Part shown: positions 1-9,040 of the stretch, one piece after another
Numbering within the stretch: position 1 is the first letter of the stretch
Layout: every line of letters begins with the position of its first letter
From: Patescibacteria group bacterium
Lineage (GTDB): Bacteria > Patescibacteriota > Patescibacteriia > Magasanikbacterales > GWA2-37-8
Assembly: GCA_041661385.1 (NCBI GenBank)
Contig: JBAZUP010000003.1
Span: forward strand, 1 to 34,298
Length of the DNA stretch: 34,298 nucleotides
Direction of reading: 5' to 3'
Notes under the pieces: model-generated
Database searches by the model: none
What the model was told of the DNA's origin: nothing
What the model saw: the letters and a program-made list of their open reading frames with translations, nothing else
Position numbers and translations under genes: made by a program

Positions 1-2
1 TA

Positions 3-914
3 GCGCCATCGATAGAAAACAAAATATCAGCACATTTGAAATCAACAGCTTTAATTTACAACATCTTGCCAATCGCTAAAACAATTGTTGAAGTAGCCAA
101 CTTTGATATTCAAAAAATCAACAATCCAAACATACAAGGCAAAGAATATCAACAGGGCAATCAGTTAAATTTTTGGAACGTCCGCGAATACGTTTTATTC
201 CGTGATAAACACAAATGCAAAGGAAAACGCGGTTGCACCAACAAAATATTAAATGTCCATCATATAGAAACACGAAAGACCGGCGGCAATAGCCCAGACA
301 ACTTAATAACGCTTTGCAAAGACTGCCACTCCGATTATCATCGAGGCAAACTAAAACTATCACTAAAGCGCAACGCAACATTTCGAGACGCGACCTTCAT
401 GGGAATAATGCGTTGGGCGTTCTACAATAAATTAAAATCATTATATCCAAACGTTTCATTGACTTTCGGCTATTTAACAAAAAACACCAGAATAACAAAT
501 AAGTTATCAAAAGAACATGTTATTGATGCCCGTTGTATCAGTGGTAATCCATTAGCAGTACCATCATTAAACAATTACCTTTCGAAAAGAGTCAGAACGC
601 AAAACAGGCAATTACACAAAGCCACAATTAATAAAGGAGGCACGAGAAAGAGAAACAAATCACCAAAATATGTTAACGGGTTCCAATTGTTTGATAAAGT
701 CCTCTACCAAAACCAAGAATGTTTTATCTTTGGAAGAAGAGCTACTGGAAGTTTTGACGTTCGAACTCTTGCGGGTTTAAAACTATCTGCAGGAACACCA
801 AGCAAGCGACTAAAATTATTAGAAAAAGCCAACTCCACATTAATAGAAAGGAAAAAAACACACTTCGTATCTGTCTTATTAAAGCCAGAGTCGTCTGTGT
901 GTAACTATTTTTGA
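3..914 (+). CDS. iscB: IscB-like (RRXRR/HNH/RuvC, OMEGA-type) nuclease, C-terminal ~300 aa; the 5' end lies outside the window
   Basis: The reading frame is open from nt 3 with no in-frame stop, so the TTG at 36 is probably not the start. Motif order: VEVANFD (RuvC-II Glu), the Cys/His HNH block CKGKRGC..NVHHIETRKTGGNSPDNLITLCKDCHSDYH, KEHVIDARC (RuvC-III His/Asp), then a basic linker and GFQLFDKV..GRRATGSFDVRTL. This matches the IscB domain order. Confidence 0.6.
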   Translation, partial: APSIENKISAHLKSTALIYNILPIAKTIVEVANFDIQKINNPNIQGKEYQQGNQLNFWNVREYVLFRDKHKCKGKRGCTNKILNVHHIETRKTGGNSPDNLITLCKDCHSDYHRGKLKLSLKRNATFRDATFMGIMRWAFYNKLKSLYPNVSLTFGYLTKNTRITNKLSKEHVIDARCISGNPLAVPSLNNYLSKRVRTQNRQLHKATINKGGTRKRNKSPKYVNGFQLFDKVLYQNQECFIFGRRATGSFDVRTLAGLKLSAGTPSKRLKLLEKANSTLIERKKTHFVSVLLKPESSVCNYF

Positions 915-1843
915 TGAAATTTTATGCAATCAACCTGTTGCCCAACAAAACCCAAATCGCAGAAATACACTATAAAAACGGTTTGGCGAAAATCGAAAAC
1001 GTTTTTGAAGAAACATCATTGTTTCCACTCGAAAACAACGACAATCTTTTACACGGAATAAGAAGAATTGGCCGGCAAATTAACAAAAATGCAGAATGCT
1101 ACCTTACTTTGCCAACCAACCTGTTAACAAGAATGGACTGTAATGCTACAAAATATCTGTTATTTGATGAATATAACGAAGAACAAGTAGATATCCAATT
1201 AAAAATCTGGATTAAACAACTTTTAGAAAACACAATACCTGTTGACTTAAAAACCAACTACACAGCATCGCCACTAATAGTACGTCAAGACAGCAAAGTT
1301 TCAATCACAGCCGCAGCAATCCAGTCGATATACATTAATGTACTTTGTAAAGCGTTTGACGAATGCGGATTACAGCTTGTATCTATCGAAACTGCAAATA
1401 TTGCGTTAACAAGATACATTGATGATTTTGATAAAACAAAATGCATTATTGAACTAGACAACGTAATTAGTTTAACGGGTTACGATGCAAAATTGGGAAT
1501 GTTTTATCAACCGCAACCAAACATGCCGATTGAAAGCATTATTAATGCAAATGACGGCACAAATTTAGCTACACTTATCAGCGCTTTTGATATCGCAGCA
1601 GCATCTTCATATGAGGGGAACTATAACCCTGATGAATGCGATATTTACATATCTACGAAAAACAACAGATTTTCTGATAAACTCGAAAAATTTCCGGAAC
1701 TAAAAGCACGTCTAAAACCAATGCCGCTCAGCAACAACGATGTTTTTATTCCAAATTCGCTGGAATTTAATAATACCGGAATTATTCAACTGACAACAAT
1801 TTTTGGAACGGCATTAAAACCAAAGTACGAAGAGGAAAAGTAA
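914..1843 (+). CDS. pilM: PilM-like pilus assembly protein (actin-like fold inferred)
   Basis: 309-aa cytoplasmic protein immediately upstream of the PilN/O/P/Q-like genes. Its ATG at 914 overlaps the iscB stop (TGATG). The assignment is mainly positional and sequence motifs are weak. Confidence 0.45.
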   Translation: MKFYAINLLPNKTQIAEIHYKNGLAKIENVFEETSLFPLENNDNLLHGIRRIGRQINKNAECYLTLPTNLLTRMDCNATKYLLFDEYNEEQVDIQLKIWIKQLLENTIPVDLKTNYTASPLIVRQDSKVSITAAAIQSIYINVLCKAFDECGLQLVSIETANIALTRYIDDFDKTKCIIELDNVISLTGYDAKLGMFYQPQPNMPIESIINANDGTNLATLISAFDIAAASSYEGNYNPDECDIYISTKNNRFSDKLEKFPELKARLKPMPLSNNDVFIPNSLEFNNTGIIQLTTIFGTALKPKYEEEK

Positions 1844-1844
1844 T

Positions 1845-2369
1845 ATGAAAAAAGTTCCGACTCTGAATTTTATTCCTAAAAAATATTTAGACAATAAAAT
1901 CTTCGCCAAACAAATGAAAATCGTTAAATACGCACTGAGATCTTTTTCATTAATATTGTTGGGATTGCTGGTTTTCAACATTGTCGGTATAAGTGTAAAC
2001 GCTATTGGTTATAACGCAACTTTATCACCGGAAATCGAAAAAAAATACAACGAAACAAAAATCAAAGTAGTTGAATTGAAAATAAAAAAAGATTCGATGG
2101 AAAAAGCTGAATACGAATATTTTCAATATGACCAAATTCTGGATATGATCAATAATGCCAAACCCGACGATATAAAATTTACAAAAATTGATATCAAATG
2201 GGATAAAGTAACGATAAACGGCGTTGGAGAACACGTACAATCATTCAACAGATTCGCCGAAAATTTGCAAAAACAAGGCAAAATGTTTGAAAAAGTGATG
2301 GTAGACAGAATGGAATCTGAAAAAACCGGCAATCAAAAAACATTCACATTATCGACAACATTAAAATAG
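1845..2369 (+). CDS. pilN: PilN-like bitopic pilus alignment protein
   Basis: N-terminal LNFIPKKY motif (compare the PilN INLLP motif), followed by a single TM (FSLILLGLLVFNIVGI) and a periplasmic coiled-coil-rich domain. RBS GAGGAAAAG upstream. Confidence 0.55.
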   Translation: MKKVPTLNFIPKKYLDNKIFAKQMKIVKYALRSFSLILLGLLVFNIVGISVNAIGYNATLSPEIEKKYNETKIKVVELKIKKDSMEKAEYEYFQYDQILDMINNAKPDDIKFTKIDIKWDKVTINGVGEHVQSFNRFAENLQKQGKMFEKVMVDRMESEKTGNQKTFTLSTTLK

Positions 2370-2382
2370 AAAGGAGAATACG

Positions 2383-2928
2383 GTGAATTTAAAAAAATTT
2401 AACAGCGAAGTTGATGCACATCCGGAAGCAAAAAGAATTATAAAAATACAAGGATTGATCATCACGATATTAATTATCGGCGTAATGTTTTCTTCTTTTT
2501 ATAAATCCAGTCAGGCAAATTCAATAAACACAACAAGCTACAAATTAAAAGAAATAAACAATTATATCGCTGATTATGACAAATCCCGCGAAGCTTTTGA
2601 ACAAACAACAGCTACAAAACGAATGCCGGTAGCAATTCAAGACCTGGATAAATTACAAAATGACATCTTACGGCTAATGCAATCATATAACTTGCACATA
2701 ATCGGTATGACCGCCACCGCGCCGGCCGACAATCAAGATATAAAAAGCTATGAATACAAAATCTTTTATAACGGCGAATGGCGAGACATAATGAATTTTC
2801 TGAAAAATTCATCAACATACAGGTTTAAGGGTAAGTTGGTATTGGTAAATTACAAAGACGTTTATTTGGAAGCAACCGAAACCACCAAACTCAACGGACA
2901 GCTTTCATACAAAACGTTCGTAGAATAG
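2383..2928 (+). CDS. pilO: PilO-like bitopic pilus alignment protein
   Basis: GTG start 8 nt after AAAGGAGAA. One N-terminal TM (IIKIQGLIITILIIGVMF), then a coiled-coil and an alpha/beta domain. Sits between the PilN-like and PilP-like genes. Confidence 0.45.
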   Translation: MNLKKFNSEVDAHPEAKRIIKIQGLIITILIIGVMFSSFYKSSQANSINTTSYKLKEINNYIADYDKSREAFEQTTATKRMPVAIQDLDKLQNDILRLMQSYNLHIIGMTATAPADNQDIKSYEYKIFYNGEWRDIMNFLKNSSTYRFKGKLVLVNYKDVYLEATETTKLNGQLSYKTFVE

Positions 2929-2937
2929 GAGCCACTT

Positions 2938-3612
2938 ATGAGTAAAAAATTCAAATATTTAATCGTTGTAATGTTGTTTATAGCGGCAATCTTTCTTGGT
3001 TGGATATTATTCGCAACAAAAACGCCGCCAAAACAAACACCGAAAATAACGGCTGTACCTAAATTTACCGCTCCGGTGGAAGTAAAAATAGAAAGCATAA
3101 AACCTTCACCATTTACTCAACTGATATCGTTAAACAACGAAAACAAAACAACACCAAGCGCAAACCCGATACCCAATATGCCACCAATTCCTAATGGAAC
3201 ATTCCCGGTAAATCAAGAAATGCCGGTTATGCCAAAATTTGACACAAAATCCAATTCACTACCACAAATCCAAGCAATAATCATCGACAGCGGTCAAACA
3301 CTGGCAATACTATCAGACGGAACTAAAACCGCAACAGTAACAAAAGGTTTTGAAAGCCCATGGGGAACAATAGATAACATAACCAACGAAGGCGTTAGTA
3401 TTAACGGGAGTTTTATTGCGGTATCACGGCAAATGCGAACCGAACAAACTGAAAGACAAAAACAAGAATCAAACAAACCGGCGCCAATGCTTGATCCGAC
3501 TGGCAACAGTATAAGTTTCAATAATACCACTAATAATTTCACACCACCAGGCACAATTGTTACACCGGAAGGCACTTTTTCTCCACCGCCAATTAAAAAT
3601 CAAACAAAATAA
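2938..3612 (+). CDS. PilP-like periplasmic protein (signal anchor, Pro-rich linker, small beta domain)
   Basis: N-terminal hydrophobic anchor and Pro-rich linkers. Core QAIIIDSGQTLAILSDGTKTATVTKGFESPWGTIDNITNEGVSING resembles the PilP/GspC-HR beta domain. Lies directly upstream of the secretin. Confidence 0.45.
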   Translation: MSKKFKYLIVVMLFIAAIFLGWILFATKTPPKQTPKITAVPKFTAPVEVKIESIKPSPFTQLISLNNENKTTPSANPIPNMPPIPNGTFPVNQEMPVMPKFDTKSNSLPQIQAIIIDSGQTLAILSDGTKTATVTKGFESPWGTIDNITNEGVSINGSFIAVSRQMRTEQTERQKQESNKPAPMLDPTGNSISFNNTTNNFTPPGTIVTPEGTFSPPPIKNQTK

Positions 3613-3626
3613 GGAGCGCATTTTTA

Positions 3627-5033
3627 ATGAAAAGATTTTTAGCTTTCATTCTGACCATAATAATTTTCACAGCGCCAATTATCAGTTATGCCGAACACTC
3701 AGATGTTATAAACATTGATATGATGCAAGATACCCGGCTAAGCGACGTATTATATTCTATCGCATACAGCAGTGGACGCAGCATAGTTATCAATGCAAAA
3801 CTTGATAATTATATAAAAGGCAGTATAAAAGGCAAAGACATCTACAGTGTACTTGATTATCTTGCCTACACCAATAATTTCAACTACGAAGTATTGCCAG
3901 ACGGAACAATTTTGGTAAGTCCGGCCGACACAATGACCACAAATAAATCGTTCAAATTAATATACGCTAATCTTGAAGACGCAAAAAAACAATTAATGTC
4001 TTTTGTCGATGAAAAGAAAATTCAGATAGATATAGAACAAAACACAATAGCAATAGACGGCACAGCGTTACAAATAAGAAAAGCCGCGCAAAAATTAAAA
4101 GAAATGGATTTTCCTGCCAAACAAATTCTCCTGGAAGTCCAATTGGTTGAAGTAAGTAAAGATACTGGCCGCGATTTGGGAATTGCTTATCAAATGCCCG
4201 GATATAACAGCACAACCGGACCATTAAACGCAGACAATATATCCTGGGCAGTAACAACTTACGCAAACGACATCATTGGTTCCGGAAAAGTATTGGCGCG
4301 TCCATCAATGGTCACACAAAACGGCAGAAAAGCCACTGTCAAAATGATTGATAAAGTGCCAATTCTTACAGTAAATATTTCAAATTCCGGTGACCGTCAA
4401 ACACAAGTCGCTTATGAAGATGTCGGAATCACATTCATTGGAACCCCAAGAGTAAATTTTGAAAATGGCGAAGAACAAGTAACTATGGACATCCACCCAA
4501 CAGCCAGCGCAATTACAAAATGGGTGACAAACGGCGATACAAAAGCGCCACAAATAGCTTCCCGCGAAGCTGAAACCGTCGTCAGGGTAAAATCCGGCGA
4601 AACAATTATCATCGGCGGTTTATTAAAAGATGAAGAAATTGAAGCATTAAATGAAGTGCCATATTTATCGCAACTACCGATTCTCGGCGGATTATTCAAA
4701 TACTATCAAACCGCCAAAGGCAACAGCGAAGTATTTATTTTTGTAACACCAACTGTCTTAAACGCTGATGGCAGCCTGCCAAAAAACACAAAAAGCAAAT
4801 TACAAACTACGGGTATCCCGGAAAAAGACCAAAATATCACAATTTTAGATGATTTAAAAAAGACTGAAATACCAGCACCGGAAATTCAACAACCAAAAGT
4901 ATCGTCAACATACCAGGATCAAAACACCAAAGAAACCGCAAAAACCGGACAAGAAACAACGACACAACCAACACCGTCAAAAACAACGGCAACCCAACGA
5001 ATTAATAACATCCTCAATGAATACCCGGAATAA
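3627..5033 (+). CDS. pilQ: Secretin (PilQ/GspD family) with Thr/Gln/Pro-rich C-terminal extension
   Basis: Signal peptide, secretin N-domains and the C-terminal secretin signature: VLARPSMVTQNGRKATVKMIDKVPI, VGITFIGTPRVN, APQIASREAETVVRVKSGETIIIGGLLKDEE, VPYLSQLPILGGLFK, SEVFIFVTPTVL. Confidence 0.9.
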   Translation: MKRFLAFILTIIIFTAPIISYAEHSDVINIDMMQDTRLSDVLYSIAYSSGRSIVINAKLDNYIKGSIKGKDIYSVLDYLAYTNNFNYEVLPDGTILVSPADTMTTNKSFKLIYANLEDAKKQLMSFVDEKKIQIDIEQNTIAIDGTALQIRKAAQKLKEMDFPAKQILLEVQLVEVSKDTGRDLGIAYQMPGYNSTTGPLNADNISWAVTTYANDIIGSGKVLARPSMVTQNGRKATVKMIDKVPILTVNISNSGDRQTQVAYEDVGITFIGTPRVNFENGEEQVTMDIHPTASAITKWVTNGDTKAPQIASREAETVVRVKSGETIIIGGLLKDEEIEALNEVPYLSQLPILGGLFKYYQTAKGNSEVFIFVTPTVLNADGSLPKNTKSKLQTTGIPEKDQNITILDDLKKTEIPAPEIQQPKVSSTYQDQNTKETAKTGQETTTQPTPSKTTATQRINNILNEYPE

Positions 5034-5077
5034 CAACACTTAAATAACTTCTAAATTTTAACAGGAGAACGCTAAAA

Positions 5078-5111
5078 GCCGTTTTCTATGAAAAAAAACA
5101 TAGAAAACGGC
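5078..5111 (+). promoter_or_regulatory. Perfect 13-bp inverted repeat (GCCGTTTTCTATG-A8-CATAGAAAACGGC) enclosing the first ATG of the ATPase ORF
   Basis: Read directly: left arm 5078-5090, A8 loop 5091-5098, right arm 5099-5111. The ATG at 5088-5090 lies inside the left arm. Confidence 0.6.
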
Positions 5112-6710
5112 AAGCGAAAATTTATGACAAACGAAGCTAAATTTTCTTTAACATATTATGAAGACTTGTCAAAAATATCAATAAACCACGACGTTATTAA
5201 TAAAATATCTCCAGATCAAGCCGTAAAATACCAAATAATACCGATAAATTACAAAGATGGAAAATTAACACTGATTACAGCCGACGGCAATAATTTCAAA
5301 CTCCAAAATGAATTAGAAAAAAAGTTTGGACCAATAACACTAAAAATAACCACACCACAAAACCTGGAAGCAGGCATTAACCGAATTTATGACGACGGTT
5401 ACAAATTCGAACAACGTGACGCACTAAAAGACTTTGAAACACAACAAACAAACACTAAAGCCGCGGCATCCTCGGACCTTGCACAAATGGTAGATGCAAT
5501 AATTCGTGATGCAGCACTAAAAAACGCCTCAGATATTCATATTATACCAACCGAAAAAGACACACGGGTTATGTTTAGAATACATGGCAAGTTTTTAAAT
5601 GTAACCGATATTCACCATATTAAAAGCGGTTCACACGAAAAAGTAGTAAACCGGATAAAAACAATGTGCAAACCATCATTAGACATTTCTAAAAAGGAAA
5701 TATTTCAAGACGGAAGTTTTAGCGTGTCCCTTGATGAAAACAATAATAATAATTTTCACTGCCGAGTTAACGTTGGTCCGACAGCCCTAAAAAACGAAGG
5801 TATTGTTATTCGGATTCACGATTCTAAAAAAGCCGCAAAAAAACCCGACGAACTGGGATTCACTAAAGAAGACCTGATTTGGTTAAAAAAACTACTCAAA
5901 GTTTCCGCAGGCATGATTTTAATCGCCGGACCTACATCAAGCGGTAAATCAACAACCATTCAATCGTTATTAAGTGAATATAACGCTGATGAATTTAAAT
6001 ACAAAATAGTAACAGCAGAAGATCCGGTTGAGGTGAAATGTTCCGACGGAACAATAATTCAAACAGAAATCAAAAAAGCTGAAAATGAAGCAGTTTCCAT
6101 AGGCTATGCCGATATCATAAAAGCTTTTTTACGACAGGATCCGGATATTATCATGGTTGGTGAAATTCGCGATAACTTAGTAGCTACTGCGGCATTGCAA
6201 GCCGCCGAAACCGGCCACGTCCTTTATTCAACAGTCCACGCCAACAGCGCCAGTGCCACAATGGGCAGGATGTTTAATATGGGAATTGAAAAATTTGATT
6301 TACTACAAAATATCGCCTGCATTATCGCCCAAAGGTTAATCGCTACAAATTGCGAATATTGCGCCGAACCACATATTTTAACTGAAGATGAAAAACAATG
6401 GTTAACGCCGCAAGAAATTGAAGACTTAAAAAGCGGAACATTAAAAAGCAGCACAGGTTGTGAAAAGTGCAACTACAAAGGAGTAGGCGGCCGTATAGTA
6501 GTTGCTGAATTCATCCCGTTCAACAATAAAATCAGAGACTACTTCATGCAAGAACACTCAGCAACCGAAGTATTAAAGTTTTTGCAAACAGAAGCAGGAT
6601 TTATCTCAATGTGGGAAAAGGGTATAGAACACGCAAAATCCGGGAAAATAACTATTGCCGAATTAGGTGAGGCGCTGGGCGATGAACGAATCATCGCAGC
6701 AAGTCTCTAA
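5088..6710 (+). CDS. pilB: Type IV pilus / T2SS assembly ATPase (PilB/GspE family)
   Basis: GSPII_E N-domain-like region; Walker A GPTSSGKST; Walker B DPDIIMVGEIRD; His box GHVLYSTVHAN; tetracysteine motif CEYC..CEKC. The start is ambiguous (ATG 5088 lies inside a hairpin; alternative ATG at 5124). Confidence 0.92.
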   Translation: MKKNIENGKRKFMTNEAKFSLTYYEDLSKISINHDVINKISPDQAVKYQIIPINYKDGKLTLITADGNNFKLQNELEKKFGPITLKITTPQNLEAGINRIYDDGYKFEQRDALKDFETQQTNTKAAASSDLAQMVDAIIRDAALKNASDIHIIPTEKDTRVMFRIHGKFLNVTDIHHIKSGSHEKVVNRIKTMCKPSLDISKKEIFQDGSFSVSLDENNNNNFHCRVNVGPTALKNEGIVIRIHDSKKAAKKPDELGFTKEDLIWLKKLLKVSAGMILIAGPTSSGKSTTIQSLLSEYNADEFKYKIVTAEDPVEVKCSDGTIIQTEIKKAENEAVSIGYADIIKAFLRQDPDIIMVGEIRDNLVATAALQAAETGHVLYSTVHANSASATMGRMFNMGIEKFDLLQNIACIIAQRLIATNCEYCAEPHILTEDEKQWLTPQEIEDLKSGTLKSSTGCEKCNYKGVGGRIVVAEFIPFNNKIRDYFMQEHSATEVLKFLQTEAGFISMWEKGIEHAKSGKITIAELGEALGDERIIAASL

Positions 6711-6726
6711 TTCAAAGGAGAATACC

Positions 6727-7815
6727 ATGAACGACAACACCAGCACTATAGAAAAATTAAACAGACTTGTTGCTAGCAACCCAAGCAACGAAGAATGGTT
6801 TTTATTTTTCACCAATCTGCATGCGTTTCACAGAAGTGGGATGGGATTATCGATAGCGCTTGATACCATTGCCGCAGAATCTACAAACCTGAAATTAAAA
6901 GAATGCCTTTTTTCAATGGCAGTAATGATTAAAGACGAAGGAATACAACTAGCGGAAGCTATGGAACGACAAAAAATCTTTCCAACGCTGGCAGTATTCA
7001 CCATCCGCGCCGGTGAAAAAAGCGGCAATTTAGAAAAAGCAATGGAAGAATTAACCCAACAAATTGAACGACAAGGAAACATTACGCAAAAAATCAAAAC
7101 AGCGCTATTACCTGTTTATATTTCCTACGCGTTTCTTTCAATCGCAGCCGTAATCGTTTTTGCGTTTCTTATTCCAAAATTTCAGGTTATCTACAAAGAA
7201 AGAAACATGGACTTACCGGCATTTACAAAAATGACTTTTGCGGTATTGGACTTTATCAAAAATCAGTGGTATATCATTGCGTTAATCGCTATTGCTATAG
7301 GTTGCGCAATTTATTACATAAAAAAACATAAACAACACTGGTTAGATAAATTATGGCTAAAAACACCGGTAATAAAAAGCTTGGTATATTACCAGCTTCA
7401 ATATCGGATAAGCACAAATTTCGCAATGTTTGCAGCTTCCAACAGCAATCATATTGATACGCTGGAAGAATTAGCCAGTATTTCCGGAAACACAATTGCG
7501 GCAGACGCACTACGAAAAACCGCAATAAAAATTATGAACGGTAATTCGTTGTCCAGCTCAATGAAAGAAAACAACGAAGAAAAAATCTTCGATTACATTC
7601 TGATGAATATGGTAAGAAGCGGCGAAGATAACGGAAGCTTGCCTTATCAACTTGGTATAGCGGCAGAAGTATATCGAAAAAAAGTTTTGGCGATTATTGA
7701 AAATTTTGGAACAAAAATTACCACAGTTACACTTATCCCAATAGCAATTGTATTTGTATTCATTATGGTAAGCCTCTACTACCCGATGCTAATGATCAGC
7801 CAGGTGAAACATTGA
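6727..7815 (+). CDS. pilC: Inner-membrane platform protein (PilC/GspF family)
   Basis: ATG at 6727 lies 6 nt after AAGGAG (6715-6720) and just after the pilB stop. Has GspF-type repeats (FPTLAVFTIRAGEKSGNLEKAMEEL; MNMVRSGEDNGSLPYQL) and 3 TM segments. Confidence 0.85.
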   Translation: MNDNTSTIEKLNRLVASNPSNEEWFLFFTNLHAFHRSGMGLSIALDTIAAESTNLKLKECLFSMAVMIKDEGIQLAEAMERQKIFPTLAVFTIRAGEKSGNLEKAMEELTQQIERQGNITQKIKTALLPVYISYAFLSIAAVIVFAFLIPKFQVIYKERNMDLPAFTKMTFAVLDFIKNQWYIIALIAIAIGCAIYYIKKHKQHWLDKLWLKTPVIKSLVYYQLQYRISTNFAMFAASNSNHIDTLEELASISGNTIAADALRKTAIKIMNGNSLSSSMKENNEEKIFDYILMNMVRSGEDNGSLPYQLGIAAEVYRKKVLAIIENFGTKITTVTLIPIAIVFVFIMVSLYYPMLMISQVKH

Positions 7816-8228
7816 AGCGCGCGGGATTTACGCTTATTGAACTAAGTTTGTGTGCAATTGTAGTAGGAATACTTGTTGCCGGCGGCGTATATGCCTTCAA
7901 ATCAAGCATCGATAGCGCCAGAAACGCCCAGGCAATGACAGTTTGCACACAAATAGCAAGCGCAATAAGTCAATATAAATACGAAAACAAAGCATATCCT
8001 GCTACGCTGGCAAATTTATTAACAGTTAGCCCAAAATCAGGAAACGCTTATCTCAGCGGACTGCCAGCAGCCGACCCCTGGGGAACAACAATTGAATCCT
8101 ATGGCTATTTATACAGAGTGAACAACAATGTTTTCATGGTGTTTAGTTACGGACAAGACAAAATAATACAAAGCTCTTCCACGCCGCCAACTATAAGCGG
8201 CGATGACGTCGGCGTAGTAAGCAAATAA
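7812..8228 (+). CDS. GspG-like pseudopilin/pilin
   Basis: Prepilin signal KRAG|FTLIELSL with Glu at +5. C-terminal DPWGTTIESYGYLYRVNNNVFMVFSYGQDK matches the T2SS GspG signature (DPWG..Y.Y....SxGxD). The TTG start overlaps the pilC stop. Confidence 0.8.
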   Translation: MKRAGFTLIELSLCAIVVGILVAGGVYAFKSSIDSARNAQAMTVCTQIASAISQYKYENKAYPATLANLLTVSPKSGNAYLSGLPAADPWGTTIESYGYLYRVNNNVFMVFSYGQDKIIQSSSTPPTISGDDVGVVSK

Positions 8229-8533
8229 CCCTAATCTCACACCCCCGCTGAAGCTTTGCAGCTCAAGTCCCCTTTGAAGCTTTAAAACCCTTTCAATCGC
8301 AACAGGAGCGTCCTGTTAACGATATATCACACACCAATCAAACGATGTACATCAAACAGCTAGCCCAACGATTAGGCCAATCAGCGGGCAAAACGAAAAA
8401 AGGAGAGATTTTATTGGAAGATTATCCCAACACAAAACGTTATAACAATTTTCCCGTTAACTAAAGGAGGCACACAATATAACAATTTTGAGTGCATCAC
8501 CACAAAAAATCTAAAAATCGAAAGAGGTAAAAA

Positions 8534-8956
8534 ATGCAACTATTCAATAAAATGCTGGCTAAAAAACGTTCAGGTTTCACAATGATCGAGTTAACAATCG
8601 TAATGATTATCCTGGCAATCTTGATTGGTGGCGGTATCTACGCCATGAACGCACAATCCGATAACGCAAAAAACACGATTACCGTCCAGGATTTGGATTT
8701 GCTCGGTGGCGCATGCGGACAATATGCCGCATTCTCCAAAGACGGCAAACCACCTGTATCGCTATATGATGTAGTAACCGGAGTAACAGCCACAAACAGC
8801 GTAACCGGCAAAGCATCAGGACCATTGGTAGCTAATTCAAAATGGACAAGTGCTGCAACAATGGTAGACGGTTGGGGAACTGCATTTACCTATGATGCAA
8901 GCGCACGTACAATTACCAGCGCTGGTAACGGAACGCCGATAGTTAAAAGCTTCTAA
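8534..8956 (+). CDS. Major pilin/pseudopilin, paralogue 1
   Basis: Strong RBS AAAGAGG. Prepilin signal KKRSG|FTMIELTIVMIILAIL with Glu at +5. DGWG..F.YD C-terminal motif. Preceded by a 305-nt leader and followed by a hairpin. Confidence 0.85.
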   Translation: MQLFNKMLAKKRSGFTMIELTIVMIILAILIGGGIYAMNAQSDNAKNTITVQDLDLLGGACGQYAAFSKDGKPPVSLYDVVTGVTATNSVTGKASGPLVANSKWTSAATMVDGWGTAFTYDASARTITSAGNGTPIVKSF

Positions 8957-8975
8957 TCCAAACTTTTCACAAATA

Positions 8976-9002
8976 AGCGTGGCGGCATTAACTCGCCACG
9001 CT
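8976..9002 (+). terminator. Stem-loop after pilin 1 (AGCGTGGCG-9 nt-CGCCACGCT), no U-tract
   Basis: 9-bp perfect stem read directly. It lacks a T-run, so it may be a partial terminator or mRNA stabiliser rather than a canonical intrinsic terminator. Confidence 0.4.
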
Positions 9003-9040
9003 CCTTAACCATAATTCGAAATTAAAAAATAGGAGAGCAA

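Noticed and set aside
6667-6726. Upstream extension of the platform protein ORF overlapping the ATPase 3' end
   Set aside because: The ATG at 6727 follows AAGGAG at optimal spacing and lies just after the pilB stop. The extension would overlap pilB by 44 nt with no RBS.
8414-8464. 16-codon mini-ORF (TTG start, MEDYPNTKRYNNFPVN) after a strong SD in the pilin leader
   Set aside because: It has a non-ATG start and no conservation evidence is available. SD-like purine runs are frequent here. It is kept only as a note within the leader finding.
8229-8533. Possible c-di-GMP riboswitch or sigma54 promoter upstream of the pilin genes
   Set aside because: I could find neither the conserved GEMM-type core sequences nor a GG-N10-GC element by eye. 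A covariance-model scan is needed before any such claim.
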